Source: Octopus vulgaris (Eukaryota). Taken from it: a stretch of 64,000 nucleotides of DNA. The DNA lies in assembly GCA_951406725.2 (NCBI GenBank), contig OX597814.1, positions 55,800,001-55,864,000 of the forward strand, in the 5' to 3' direction. The position numbers and the translations under genes are program-made. Shown here piece after piece: positions 49,450 through 64,000 of this stretch (the first letter of the stretch is position 1; each line of letters starts with the position of its first letter). The notes below the pieces were generated by a model. It made no database searches, had not been told where the DNA came from, and worked only from the letters and a program-made list of their open reading frames with translations.

Positions 49450-52259
49450 ATGAAGGTTATGACAGGGTTTGAACCAGCTAAGGGCTGGAACAAATACCAC
49501 AAAGGCATCATATCTGACGCTCTAATATTTCTACTAGTCATCCATCCTAGACAGGTACTTCATCAATGCTGGAAGGATGAAAGTTAAAGTTGGCCTCTGT
49601 AGGATTTTAATTCAGAACATAGTTGGCTGATTGGTGAAGAATCACCTACCATCACATTAGTCCATAAACATGTTGTCTTTCCTATTACTACTGTAATGGT
49701 CCCTGATTTTATGAATACATAAATTGCTCACTACACTGAACCCATCCATTTCTCCTTCTTCATGCATGCATCCCTCCACCTCCAAACCCAGTCAAAAAAT
49801 TGCATTTCCTAATCAATCCTCCTGAGAGTTGGGGCTCTCAAGATTCCTCTCCTTATCTAGATTTTTACTTTAGTATGTTAACTACAAAAATTCATTCTGA
49901 AAAATCAACTGCATTGATATTCTCAGTCACGAAGGATCTTCATAAGTTATGGATTCTAGTTCTCCTCTGACTAAAATAATAAGGATAATAATAATAATGG
50001 TTTCAAATTTTGGTATGAAGCCAGCAAATTTAGGGGGAATGAATCAATTACATCAACCCCTTCCATCAGTGCTCTACTGGAACTTGTCTTATCAGCCCCA
50101 AAAGAATCTGCTAAGAATAGCAGCTAAATCTCTCTCAAATATCAATCATCATCTTAAAAAAAGAAAAGAAAAAGACACATTGGGCTGTACTGTCCTGAAT
50201 GTTTGAAATAAAAAAGATGGGCTAGTTATGACTGAAATGCCTTTGATCATAGGGCAAACCTGGGCTAAAAATCATTGATTGTTCTTAGTTTCTTTTTAAA
50301 ATGAATAGTCACTGCTGTGTTAGCAACAACAATAATCAGAGCTCTGATAGGACAGTAGAGTAGGTGAAATGAAAGAATAAATTAAATATTATATAGAATT
50401 TAGTTTTACTTATTTACATTCTGAGCAAAAAATATGCTGCTCTGGGACTGATAAAAAAATCTGGAACTAAATACAGGAATTAATTAGAGACTACACTCAG
50501 TTCTAGAATTTATGATTTTATTCTGCTGTTAGAAATCATTATTCACAGATGACTTTTGTTACCTGCACTAATTATATACAATATTAGCATCATTGCAGTC
50601 AACAGTCATGTTAATAACACCAATAGTCTCATCCACATCATTTTAAAGAACTCTTGTTTGTCAATTATGATGTGAATTGTGTTCTTCTCCAACTTAATTT
50701 TTAAAGATAACTACAGATGTGAATACTTAGATCTATTTCAGGCAAAAGCTATTTTAGTTAAGATGCCTGCAATTTAATACAGCAACTTGTTGTTGTTGCT
50801 GGTGGTTATGGTAGAGATCATGATGGTAACGATGCTAATGTTGATGTTGATGATGATGTTTAGCCCCAGGTTAAGTTTGACTAAGCAGAATTTATATTGT
50901 TAGCCATTCCAAATGTGTCCATTCTATCTTTAAAAATCATGTATTAAGACTGCAGACTGTGATATGAGGAGGGTTTGGCTGACTATTTCCAGAAGGTCAA
51001 ATAATGCATGAAAGCAGCTTCATTGTCTCATGACAGGAAGTAATTTTGATTTCTAGTTGTTATTTCTTAGCACTTACATTGCTCATAATCTTTAACAGCA
51101 CAAACACTGCAATTACTTTCTTGCAAGTTTTAGAGTTAGTAGCACTAATCACACATTGACGAATAAAACAAATGCTATTTTTCACAATTATGTATGAACT
51201 CTGGCAACCTCACAAACATAACATAAACAAAAAACTGCATCTGAGCATTAACTTTCCTCTTCAGGGCCTGAAAATACTCAACATGAAAAGTCAGCAATTA
51301 TTGCTCATTTAAAAATGAGGTTCCTTGAGATATTTGTTCTGTATCAAGTTATAGACATTCTCTTGTCACTTTTTCTATCATAAATTCAGTGAACTAATGA
51401 TTGCAAAGCTGAAATGAGACTCACTATGAAGTACTGGTCCCATGTTGAGAATAGAGCTTCTGTTACATACTGAAGCATCCTAAGCTGCATCCAAAATGCT
51501 GATTGGTAAAGAATCACTCAGAAACCCACTTATAACCTTATAGCCCCCATCAGTGCTACATTAAACATTAAGCAAAATAAGCATGGGCTTAGAGCATCAA
51601 GGGATGTGAGGAGAGGGGGCACCATAGAAATGGTAAATAGTTTATGGAACAAAAGAAATCACTTAAAATTTGCTAAAATTATATTTGAAATGGTTTATGT
51701 AATTGGAAATATAATTTTGAAGTATTCATGGTGTCATAGTGAAGATTAGATCAAAGATTTTGCAATGAAAAATAGTAGAGAACTTTTCAAATATAAAGAA
51801 GGCGGAAGTAAACAAAAATAAACATTATTTTCCATGTTATTGTTAGTTATGTTTCATTTTAAAAATAAAAATTTATTTTATGGTTTATTATTGTATATAT
51901 ATTGAATTACATATATAAGGGGACATCAAACTTTTTAAGTGCTTAAGGCCCTGCCCTCAGACATGCAGTATGCTCACTCTCTTTTTTTTTATATATATAT
52001 TGAAATTACAACCTCTACTCAAAGCTAGCTATTGGCAGCTACCTCTATTCAAAGACACCCAATACATCTCTTCTCATCTCCTGTACTGAATCTTTCCCCT
52101 TCCCATATACCTACTTAACTCATTCTGGCCATCTGAATCAACATCCAAAAACAAAGCTGTTTGGTCAGTCCTCACTTAGCAACCTACTAAAACCTATAAC
52201 CATCAGACACCCTGTATCATCATCTTACTTTTTTGGGGTTTTTTTGCTTCTTTTTACTT

Positions 52260-53114
52260 CTTTCAGTTATTGCAGAGGATTCAGAAAGAGTGATTATGAA
52301 GGTATGGTAACTTGGAAAACTCACTCTGATTGTTCTAATGAGAAAAGAAGTTCTGAATTTATTGGTGAGATCCAGGTCATGGCTGACAACAATTCATCCA
52401 AGTCAATCAGGTCCATTGCCAGGGACTAGGAGTGTCTGAGTTTCTTATCAGGCAGATAGTTCAAGAAGACATTCGGTATTCCTCATTCAAGATGAGAAAG
52501 GGCCAATTTTTATTCCAAGTTATCAAGGACAAGACGAATCTTTTGAACAAACTCAAGCTTCCCCTCCAACTGAAAACATGCTTTGGTTTTTCTCAGTTGG
52601 TTTGCCATGTCTACAGAACATGTACCAAGAGTGATAAAAATCAAACATCCAGTCAACATCATGGTGTTTGGAGTGATCTCTAGTGATGGCAATGTTATGC
52701 CTCCATTCATCTTCCCACATGGCTTCAGACTCAACACAGAGGCCTACATCAAGTGCATGGAGGAGGTAGGTTGCTCTGGGTCAAGAAAACCCTATGTCTA
52801 ACAACAGGACTCTGCACCATGCCACACAAGCAGGAGAACCCAGTCATGGCTGTCAGACAATTTCTGCAACCACATCATGCCTAGCATCTGACCACTTAAG
52901 TTCCCCCTTGATTGTTATGTGTGGGGTGCAGGAGATTCTGAAGTAGTCTGGAGGCCGTGGTTGAAGCCAATGACGATTTTATTGAGTAAATTTACTCTTT
53001 AGTATTTCAAGATATTTTTATGTAATTTTGGTAAATATATCTGTTAAAATAAGATGTCAGTATTATTTTCAATTTTGTGTAATTTGGATGAAATTTTATT
53101 CACTGCAACCTGTA
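52260..53114 (+). mobile_element. maT/DD37D-like transposon remnant
   Basis: KHPVNIMVFGVISSDGNVMPPFIF...QQDSAPCHTSRRTQSWL...PLDCYVWG. Right TIR ...ttcactgcaacctgta. Confidence 0.85.
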
Positions 53115-54845
53115 TATATAACAGGCTTCCTTCAGTTTCTGCCTACAAAATCCACTCACAAGGCTTTGATCTACCTGAGGTTACTGTAGAAGACACTTGT
53201 TCATAGTGCCACACAGTGGGACTGAACCCAGAACTATGCATGTGGGAAGCAAGCTACTTACCACACAGCCACACCTATTTATTTATTTATTCATTTATTT
53301 CATATTGCAATTGATAACAATAGTATCATTGGTTACAGGTTTCCAAATGCCAGTCATTGACTTACTGCATTTCTAATCACAAAAGTAGTGACAAGGGAGT
53401 ATCTACAAGCTGATGCCAAAACAAATATCTCCACATATGCACACATACATGCACACACACATGCACACATACATGCACACACATATACACACTGTATTAC
53501 TGGTTGTTTCATTCCTTGGACTGTATTCATATATGTATGCGTGTGGCAGAGTGTGTGTGTGTATGTATAGATTTATATGATAAGCTTCCATACAGGTTTT
53601 ATTTATCAAATTCCATTCACAAATCATTGATCAACTTGAAGCTATAGTAGAAAAAAAATCATGTATATGATGCCATACACCAATATTAATGCTGGAATCA
53701 CATCACTGTAAAGTGAAATTCTTAACCACAACCATAATAACAACAACAACAATAATGTTAATGATAATATCAATAAAATGATAGTAAAAATAACATGTTA
53801 GTTAGAAATAATAAACAAATTATACAGAAATCTGATATTTCTATTCATATCACCCATGACAGGAATATATAGTTTATCTGTCTATTTTAATGTCATGCAA
53901 TAAAAAATATCACATATACATTGGTGAATACATTTCAATTGAAAAGAAGTATATGACATGAAATTGTATGTTTGAATATGTTTTATAAATAATTGAGAAA
54001 AGTAAATAAAAATAAGATAAATTGAAATTGTTGAGATTTGACTAAACTTCTGCATAATAGAGAAATTGTTAATATTTAAACATTCAAATGTAAAAAGTCT
54101 TGAATGATAATTGACATATATACCATATCCACGTAGAAAAAGAAACAAAATGTCTACTGATTAAGTTTTAGCTATGTATCTATTGTTTGTTAGACCACAA
54201 ATCACTCTGTTATCATAGTGTTCTTTTCTAAATCAAATTGGTGATCATAATATTTAATGTCATTTATATAAAAATCATAGCAGTTATTTTATAATTTCTT
54301 CATTTTCAAAGATCAGCACACAATGCAAATAAAATCACCAATCGAAAATCTATATCTTTTAAGCTTTTATTTTTTGCAGTTATTGGACTGTGGCCATGCT
54401 GGGGTACTGCCTTGAAGGGCAGATCAGTATTTTTTAAGTTTAGTATTTACTCTATCAGTCTTTTGCCAAAGCGGTAAGTAATGGAGATGCAAACAAACAA
54501 TATTGGTTGCCAGACTGTGGGGAGGGGCTACAAACACAAACACAAAGATGTATATATACACACACACACACACATGCACATATACAAACACACACACCAC
54601 ACATGTATATGTATGTATGTATATATATATGTGTGTGTGTATGTAATATATATATGCATAATATATGTATATATTGTGTGTGTGTGTGATATATATATGA
54701 AAAAAAAAAACACACACAATATATATATATATATATGATATATATTATACACACACAATATATATACATACATATATATGTGTGTGTATATATGTGTGTG
54801 TGTTATAAACACACACACACACATGTGTGTGTGTGTGTGTGCATA

Positions 54846-54902
<57 letters not shown>

Positions 54903-54905
<3 letters not shown>

Positions 54906-55772
54906 GGTGCAATGGGTAAATTGCTGCCACTTTATATTTCTAATTTCATGCATGCACATTGTTTGTTTTTGATTTTGTCAACTACACAATATAGTAGAGT
55001 CAGTTGGGCACTGTCTGTGTGAAAAACAGCACCATGGTGCAATTTACTCTGTCAGAAATTTGGAAACAACAAGTACTGCTTGGCATTCACATTAGAAGCT
55101 CCAACACAAACATTTCAGAGTGTTTGGGTGTCAATTTGAGGATTGCCACGTCTCCAAAACATGTACCAAGAATGAAAAAAATCAAACATCATGGTGTTTG
55201 GTGTGATCAATAGTGATGGTTACATTATGCCACTATTCATCTTCCCACATAGCTTCAGACTCAACACAGAGGCCTAGATCAAGTGCCTGGAGGAGGTAGT
55301 GCTGCCCTGGGTCAAGAGGGTGGCTGCTGGAAGACCCTATGTCTGGCAACAGGACTCAGTCCTATGCCACACAAGCAGGAAAACCCAGTCATGGCTGTCA
55401 AACAATTTCTGCAACTAAATCTCCCCTAACATGTGGCTACCTAACTCCCCAGACTGCAATCCCTTTGATTATTATGTGTGGGGCACAATTGTGCAAGAAA
55501 CCAAAAAAAACTCCTTGTAACATCAAAGATTAACTGAAGGCAAGGATTATGGCAGCATTCACCAACTTAAACAAGGAGACTGTCCAGAAGAGTTGCTGAA
55601 GATTCCAAAGTTGTCAGAAAGGTTTTAGCCATTGGCAATTTAATTGAATAAATTTACTCCTTAGTATTTCAAGCTACTTTTATGTAATTTTGGTAAATAT
55701 ATATGTTAAAATGAGATGTCAGTGTTATTTTCATTTTTGTGTAATTTAGATGCCAGTTTATTCATTACACTC
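54903..55772 (+). mobile_element. maT/DD37D-like transposon, internally deleted, both ends present
   Basis: Left end cagggtgcaatgggtaaattg after (TA)n. YVWQQDS...WLPNSPDCNPFDYYVWG. Right end ttcattacactctg. Confidence 0.85.
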
Positions 55773-55784
55773 TGTGTGTGTGTG

Positions 55785-55816
<32 letters not shown>

Positions 55817-55847
55817 TAAATATATATTACACACACACGCACATGTA

Positions 55848-56900
55848 TCTATAGATATAAAAGCCAGGTTGTGTGTGTGTAAACACACATAACGTCTGAA
55901 GTTCACAACTGATTTTCTCCAAACTGGGAATATACATTACTTATGTTCCAGAGATGGTTTTAGACTCTTGAAATTTTTCACCCGTGTAACAGGCCCTCTA
56001 GGAGCAGAAAACACCCTTTCCTGAGTTACATAGAGAAGGGAGGTAACTCTTTGCAAAGTAACTTTCAGAAACTGATTGTTTCCCTTATATCCAGTGTGAT
56101 TAATCTGTCAAACTTTTTAATCTTCTCAAAATATTAATATCAATTAATGATTTTTATTCATATTTAATTATTAGCATAACAATGTCATTGTATGTATTTC
56201 TTAAAATTTGTTAAGATATTGATATTATTTACCTTTTCATATTAACATTTCATTATTAACCTGCAATTGTCATCTTATTTTATAACATCATATTTCTTGA
56301 CATACTGGCTCCAAAAAACAGTGCTGTAAGTAAAAGTAGTGAGTAGCTGCTTCATTACCTTCCTGGAAGTCCTCACATCTATAAGTCAGTTGATAAAATC
56401 TCAGTTCCTGAAGAGGTGGTAAATTATCCAACAGAATTTCTCAATTTGTTGGAGCCTCCAAGACTACCTCCTGACAGATTGGAACATAATGTGGGAACTC
56501 CAGTAATGTTTTTGATGAATTTGGATCCACCAGCACTCTGCAATAGGACATGTCTGGTTTTAAAGAAGGTGATGCCACATGTTACTGAGGCTACTATTCT
56601 CTCTGGATGGGGAAAAGGAGAGGATGTTTTCATACCCAGGATTCCTTTCATTTCATCTGGAGCAGGAATTCCTTTATCATTCAGAAGAGTGCAATTTCAT
56701 ATTCATATCAGCTTCTCAATGTCTATCAATAAATCCTTAGGTCAAGTATTGCTGGTGGTAGGACTTTTGGAAGGGTTGTGCCTCTCACACAGGCAATTAT
56801 GTGTTGGCTGCTCTAGAGCAGGAAGCAAAAAAATCAATTTGTATTTGTTCCACAAGGGAAAACAACAAATATTGTTTACCAAGAGGTTTTGTAAGAATTA
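55848..56900 (+). mobile_element. Helitron remnant: 5' end plus PIF1-like helicase C-terminal fragment
   Basis: Start tctatagatataaaagcc. LAPKN, YPTEFLNLLEPPRLPP...VGTPVMFLMNLDPPALCN, VFIPRI, FRRVQF...FSMSINKSLGQ. Confidence 0.9.
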
Positions 56901-58404
56901 CTACATCCTCCAATGCACTTCAGTATTCATTGCTCTTTGTGCAATATACTGTATACAATATATATGTATATATATATATATATACAATGGGTTTCCACAC
57001 AGTTTCCATCTACCAAATTAACTCACAAGACATTGGTTGACCCAAAGCTATAATAGCTTGTCAAAGGTGCTGGACAGTGGGACTGAACCTAAAAACACAT
57101 AGATGCAAAGCAAGTTTCTTAACCACAGTGATACCTATACCTATTTTATATTTTGTCACTTACAAATTACATTGAGAAGTAACTTTGAATTCGATTTATT
57201 ATATGATGTATATATTAAAAAAAACCCACCTCATAATGTTATTTATATAAAAACCTTGTTTTCTAGCCAAGATTCTTGTCCTAGCTAGCACAAACTGCCA
57301 TTAGCTTAGCGATGGAGAAAATTATCTGTGAAACAAGATAATAACTGTGCAAGTTAAATAGTTCAGTAAAAGCAGCAGAAAACAATAATTTATATTTAAT
57401 TTGAGAAGACAATGATAGACACCCTATAGTGCAATCATTTAACATAGTTACTCAGCAAAAGATAAATAAGTATATATTCTAAATCCCATCAGATGGCCTA
57501 TGGCACTTTTCTGTTTATAATGTTTAATATCATTTATATTTAAAGTAATTAACAATCAATTATTAATGTGAAAGAAATAGTGAGCTTCAACAATTTATAC
57601 AAGTTACTGTAGAATTATCTGACATATACTTTCATTAAAATATAATAAAACAGAGATAAAAATCATATAAAAGTATCCTGCATGAATTAAATATTTGCAG
57701 GAGTGTTATTTTCTCAAGAGTTAAAAAGCTTACTATTTTCACATTTTCACTTATCAAAGTCTTGTAACTGATTATATAGATTGGTCAATTCCACATGGAT
57801 TGAAATTAACTGCCAATGATAAAAGTACGCAAGCCATTTATTTTCATTGTCATCATTATGGTTTTCCAATGTCCAGTTTCATGTGTGAGTAAGCTGGACA
57901 GAATTTGTTGAGGCAGATATATTTTCTACAGCTGGCTGCCCTCTCTTTCACCAACTTTCACCTGTTTCAGAGTAAAGTAACATGGTAATATTTCCCCTGG
58001 CCAGATATGTTCTCATGAAATATTGGAATTGAAGGACACTACTTGTATGAAGCTGGCACTCATTCACAACTATCATGCACATATGTGAGTGTGTGTGTGA
58101 AATAATGAAGACAGCTATATGCAATATAAAACCAAAAAGGAAAAATTCAGTTGTCACTAATTGGGACTGATGATGGTAGGTAGCAGCTATATTGCTAGAA
58201 ATAAAAGTAAAAAACCCTTAGAGCTGCAAGAAAGTACATATTCATATACTGATAGGAGATAACCACCCCATAAGCGAAGCTAAACCACTAGACTACTTTA
58301 ACCTGAAAAATTACAAGTTTGTCTGTAGTGTCTACTCCATTGCCAAATGGTTTGGCTAAATCAAGACAGACTGTCATATATATATATATATATATGTATA
58401 TATA

Positions 58405-58775
58405 TGTAGTGCTCAATGCCAGTACCGTCTGGTTGATGCCAGTGCCACTTAACTGGTTCCTGTGCCGGTGGCATGTAAAAAAACACCATTTGAGCATGGT
58501 CGATGCCAATGTCGCCTGACTGGCTCTTGTGCCAGTGACACTTAAGAAGCACCATTCAAGTGTGATCAATGTTGGTACTGCCTGGCTGCCCCCCTTGCCA
58601 GTGGCACATAAAAAGCATCCACTACACTCTTGGAGTTGTTGGCATTAGGAATGGCATCCAGCTGTAGAAACCTTGCCAGATCAGATTGGAGCTTGGTGCA
58701 GCCTCCTGGCTTACCAGTCCTCAGTCAAATTGTCCAACCCGTGCCACTATGGACAACAGACATTAAACGAAGACA
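58405..58775 (+). mobile_element. Short retroposon with a repeated gtgcc(g/a)gtggcac module and an RTE-like 3' tail
   Basis: Three tgccggtggca...aaaagcacca-like modules, then ggcatccagctgtagaaa...acattaaacga. Confidence 0.55.
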
Positions 58776-58809
58776 ACAACATCAGCAGCAGCAGCAGCAA
58801 CAATACCAG

Positions 58810-59387
58810 CAGGTACAGAGATACATTGAATGTTCCGGGAACTCTTTCAAGCAATGTCTCTTCAACCACAGGTCCTCCTTCAGAGTTCTGGAAAGGAGAT
58901 ATGTAATGTCACTGGCTAGCCACATCTGGCAATTAAGAAACGAAGGGATCCCATACTTGATCTCATGAAAAATCCACAAGAACCCAGGCCCCTACATCAA
59001 CGGGATGAAGCATTGCAAGCTATGCATAGCTGAACACATGAGAATCTTAAAAGACTCACTTGAATCAGGGAACATATTTAGCACCAGAACAAAGATTTTT
59101 GGGTCCTGTTCACATTTCAGGAGGTTCCTGCTAGCTTTTTGGAACCCGCAAGGTGGTGGCACAGCCGGAAGTCAATAGCAAAGGGAGATGATCCCCACTT
59201 GTTACCTTTGAGTAGTGAGGCATTTCCCCCTCCATATTTTTAAGAGCTCATGGGCCAACAGGATTTTTTGGATCTGACAATACGCCATAAAACTAAACCC
59301 ATTATGGACAGGAAACCTGAGGTAATCCCCATTTTTAATATATACTGTTTTAACATCTTAGAGTGTGCTTCTTCTAAATTTTATTTT

Positions 59388-59392
<5 letters not shown>
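58810..59392 (+). mobile_element. Penelope/Poseidon-like 3' fragment: GIY-YIG C-terminus, 3'UTR and hammerhead (59270-59328)
   Basis: RYIECSGNSFKQCLFNHRSSF...SLASHIWQL...CKLCIAE...SCSH, then ggat CTGACAA...ccataa..ttatgg...GAAA cc tga gg TA^ atcc. Ends in (TA)n. Confidence 0.85.
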
Positions 59393-59438
<46 letters not shown>

Positions 59439-59546
59439 CGGACACTAATTGATGATGATGATGATGATAAAACTTACATGGATATATATGTATAGATGTA
59501 AGTATGTACATATATATATGTATATATGCATATATATATATATATC

Positions 59547-59595
<49 letters not shown>

Positions 59596-59599
<4 letters not shown>

Positions 59600-60260
59600 G
59601 GAATACAAAAAATCGGACAAGAATGCAAAACAGACAGATGATACAAAAAAGGGACAAGAAAAACAAGGATGGGGTTATTTGGAGTTTTCTTTCCTCAGTT
59701 GAGTTCCAGATTACCTTTGTAATTTTGGCTGGTTGTACTTGAGATTATTCCAATCTGGCCAGCCCCGAGGAAAAAACTAAGCTAAGAGCACTAGATTCCT
59801 TAGAAGAAAGCAACGAATGTATACGAGAACAAGGACAGAAAAAAAATGGAGAAATGGTACACAAATACAAAACCAAATAACAGGACATTAACAACAGGTA
59901 TCTTTCAACTAAGGACGAATTAAATTAAGCTGGTGTGTGTGGAAGTGAAGCCTTATGACAGGGACATAAGTGATGACAGGCATGGGGAAGGAATATAGAT
60001 GTTGCACGGACGGTAGTCAAACCAAGAAAGAAAGGTCAGGCTTGGCCAAACACCGGTCACATGGAGAGGGAGGTAGAGGCAGCGGGACAGAAGAATTAGG
60101 GAGGGATGAGAAAAAAAAGGGACAGAGTGAAGTGAAAGAGGAGGTGAGGTGAGAATGAAGAGAAAGCCAGGAAATTTGAGAGAGGGGGAATGAAAGAAAG
60201 AAAAGTGAAAGAACAAAGTAAGTGTGAAGGGGCTGATAGAAAGAAAGCCATACAAAATTT
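59596..60260 (-). mobile_element. Probable Penelope-like 3'UTR/terminus between TA tracts
   Basis: Purine-rich on the plus strand. The terminal ggaatacaaaaaat(c/g)ggacaagaa is repeated at about 60328. Weak CTGAGGA motif on the minus strand. Confidence 0.35.
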
Positions 60261-62170
60261 ATATATATATATATGTATTTATATATGAGAGATCAAAGTG
60301 TACATATGCCACTATATGTATATAAAAAGGAATACAAAAAATGGGACAAGAACATTCAGTTTCTATCTACCAACAAGGCTTTGGTTTGACAAAGAATATA
60401 GTTGAAAACACTTGCCCAAGGTGTCACTCAGTGACACTCTGAGTACTAATTCTGCCAAGGTCAGCTTTGCTTTTCATCCTTTCAGGGTTGTTGATACTAA
60501 TCAAATACTGGAGTTGATGGTATTAACTAATCCTCTCCACACAAATTTCAGGTATGATGCCCATGTTAGGAGCAATATATATTTAAAATTTATAGCTAAA
60601 TATTTAATAATGGTTCCAAGTTTTGGCACAAGGCCAGCAAGTTTGAGAAGATGGGTAGGTTAATTAAATTGACCCCAGTGCCCAACTAGTACTTATTTTA
60701 TCAACCCTGAAAGAATGAAAGACAAAGTCAACCTTAGTGAAATTTGAACTCAGAATGTAAAGATGGATAAAATGTAGCTAAGCATTTTGCCTGGCATACT
60801 AGAAATTCTGCCAGTTTACTGCCTTAGTTAAATATTTAATAATAAAGATGGCTTAATTTTAAAAGATGCAATTCTCTAAAAATAGACAAGCTATTACATT
60901 AATATGAATCACTTCAAGCAGTTTAAGAATTGATGGAATATTGCCAAGAATAAATTATATTTCAGTAAATTAAATTTTCTCTCTTCTATTTCATACTTTA
61001 TAGTATTTTACAATCGTTTTTCATTGAGAGCACAGGGTGTGTAAATATGGACATTCTCACATTGTCTCTACAGTTGAGCACTCTTCCAACTCACTCATCT
61101 GTGAAGCAGGAATGGAATATTTAATCAACCGAACAAACAATAGTTACGTGTCTTCCCCAGTACAAAAGTTATCATAGTAAGAATTTCATTGAACTCAGCC
61201 ATGTAGTCAACAATATAAAATATAAAATTTTATGGTACTCCAGTCAACCCACATTATCAGAAGTAAAAAAATAGACTTGAAATATCACTACTGATATTGA
61301 GATGATGTTAAGAAAAAAAAATTCAATGTTTTCAATTTTAATCTTAGTAGGAATAAAGAGAATATAAAAAATAACTGATAGCTTTCAGTGTCACTGTTCA
61401 AATATAAAACATAACCAACCATAGGAGGACAAGCCAAAAAATATCAGCTGTGTTTACAATTTTCATAGATTTCTCAGAATATTTCAAAACTAAATATCCC
61501 AATAGTCGATGCAATGTCGATGCAATGAAGCAGATTGGAGGAAATTGATTAAATGTCCAAAGAGAAAATGTCTTAGAAATACCAAATAGCCGTTTGTTGT
61601 AAAATTTTAAAATTTTCATATTTCTGTATCTAATAAGAGGTTGTGAATAAAATTAAGGAAGGAAATAAGAGAATTTCATTGAAGAATTATGGTTATAAGC
61701 TACAGTAACTTATACAGATACTGAACTTAATCTCAGAATTACAAATTTTATGGACTCTGCACAATATGGCCAGCAATATCTTTTATCTTTTATTTGTTTC
61801 AGTCGTTAAACTGCAGAATTTTAGTCACATGAATCAACTCCAGTACTATTTTCTTAAAGCCTGGTATTTATTCAATCAGTCTCTTTTGCTGAACTGCTGA
61901 ACAAATTTTTTTTGCTGAACAAAATTTTATTTTGATTAAGCATGAATAATAAGATGTAGAAGATGTAGCTAACTCAAATGACTCCATTGTATTACTGGTA
62001 TTTATATTATCAAAACAGAAAGACTGAAACAAAATAACACCCTAAAGGGTATTTTAACTTAAAAACTTATGACATTAGAAGAAAATATTAGAAAGTAAAT
62101 GATTTTTACAATAGCTTTGGTTTGTGATTGAGTTTGATTGATGGAAACTGTTACAAGCCCATTGTGTATG

Positions 62171-62206
<36 letters not shown>

Positions 62207-62583
62207 TACGTAGATATTGATTGATATTCCACAGGTTCACTTGGGCAAAATTGTGAAGGATCTTATATTCCTTGTCGACATTATGACTGGTCACATTGAA
62301 CTTTTGAAGATATGTGAAATAAAAAAAAAACCATTACTTGAAACACAGCTAAGAATTCCTGCCTCAAGCATGTCTGCCATTCAAACCCATGGTAACATAT
62401 AGACTGGATTGCCATATCAGTATGGGAAGAAGATTGCTTCCCAATCACATGGTTCTGGGTTTTGTACCACTGCATGGCACCTTGGGCAAGTCTATTTTAC
62501 TATAGCCCTGGACTAACCAAGGCCCTTGTGAGTGGATTTGGTTGGGGGAAACTGAGAGAAGCCTATTGTGAGTGTGTATGTGC

Positions 62584-62647
<64 letters not shown>

Positions 62648-62663
62648 CTATATATATATATAT

Positions 62664-64000
62664 ATACTGAATTACAAAAGAAACATCACACTGTAAAAGA
62701 TTATTTGTTTCACACATGATATTGAGATTATATATATTTTATCACATTTCTTGGTAATTTGACATCAGAAAGATGTCACTGACCCACAGTACCACTCTCT
62801 TTTGAAAATACAAGGATTGCATGTAGGGTTCAAACTCGCCCACTTTTCATGAACATGGTAATGCTTGTGAATGTATCTTTATGAAAAACATCATGCACAT
62901 GCACCCAAATTTACCAGCCTGTCATTCGTTTCCCAAATGCAGCAAGCATGCCAAGACTGACACGAAATCAGAGGGAGCGAGCCATTGAACATCTCCATGC
63001 TGGTCAATGTCCGTGGGTCATTGCTAATGATTTGAATTGCAATATTCAGACAGTTGAGTGGCTGAGGGAATGATACAATACCACAAACAGCATGGATGAT
63101 CATCCATGCAGTGACCAACCGAGGGTTACAATGGTATGTCAAGATCGCCACCAGCACCGGCAGCACTTGCAGGACTGATTCTGGAGGGCAACGGCATCAG
63201 CTAGGTAGACCATAGGGTCTCACCACAGACCCATTTGTGCAGAGACAGTTCACCGCCATCTGAGATATTTCAATTTGTCTTGTCAATGTTCAGCTATGGG
63301 TCCCACCCTCGCAGATCGTCGTTGATGGGCATGTCTGTAGTGGCCTCAAAAACGTCAGAACTGGTGATATCAGCAGTGGAGGACTGTAGTCTTCTCTGAC
63401 GAAAGTTGATATTGCATTTCTGTGGCAGATGGCAGAGCTAGGGTTTGGAGAAGAAGAGGTGAACGTCATGCTGATGGCTGTGGTGGAGAGACTCATGGGG
63501 AGGACAGAGCATCATGGTATGGGGCAGGATTGCACTCAACCAGAAACTTGGGACTGGTGGTCTTCTAAAACATTGACCAAGGCCAGGGCAATGGAGTAAC
63601 TGCTGCTTGCTGCATTGATCAAGTGTCATATTTTGCTCGTCATCAGAATCATGTGTTCCAATATGACAATGCCCATGCCCATACTGCCAGGTTGACAATA
63701 GACTTCCTCCAACAGCACAACATCCAGACACTGCCATGGCCTGCCCTAAGACCGGACTTGAACCCCATAGAGCACCTATGGGATGAAATTCAAATAAAGC
63801 TAAATGACATCTGCCCAAGGCTGACAACTGCAGCACAACTCACTGCAAGTTTTAAAAGTGTGTGGGCTGCTGGCACCATGGCCTTCATCAGTTGTTTGGT
63901 GCATTCAATGTACAGGAGATGCCTGGAGATAATCAACACTAATGGTGGTTACATGAGATATTGAGTTCATCTTTTTGGATCCAGGACACTCCATCATCAC
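62664..64000 (+). mobile_element. Tc1 (DD34E) transposon with a pseudogenised transposase (about 62947-63964)
   Basis: MPRLTRNQRERAI (HTH start), VFSDES, FQYDNAHAH, LPWPALRPDLNPIEHLWD, with stops and frameshifts. Confidence 0.92.

Noticed and set aside
56416-57021. Host PIF1 helicase gene
   Set aside because: Conserved motifs are mutated, the N-terminal motifs are missing and a Helitron-type 5' end lies upstream.
58405-58625. HDV-like ribozyme in the repeated gtgccggtggca modules
   Set aside because: I could not build the nested double pseudoknot by eye.

Overview
AT-rich, microsatellite-dense eukaryotic DNA. The SINE, RTE and Penelope content suggests a cephalopod (Octopus-like) genome, which is an inference. 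The only host coding sequence I can support is a 98-bp first coding exon of a Slo2/KCNT Na+-activated K+ channel on the minus strand (16328-16231, [25 protein letters not shown]...). It is absent from the ORF track, and 1-16230 is therefore probably its intron 1. The rest is mostly transposon debris: Tc1/mariner/maT, RTE and CR1-like LINEs, Helitrons, pogo/piggyBac/mariner MITEs, tRNA-derived SINEs and many Penelope-like (GIY-YIG) fragments. Three things stand out. (i) Several Penelope-type termini carry hammerhead-ribozyme motifs, often as fold-back palindromes inside (TA)n tracts. One is a near-perfect 426-bp palindrome with an intact type I hammerhead core on each strand (41072-41497). (ii) A 1.85-kb ORF1-only (HAL1-like) retroelement with a 14-bp TSD sits inside a SINE head (43753-45602). 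(iii) Several local template-switch-like duplications and inversions are present. All coordinates and family calls were read by eye.
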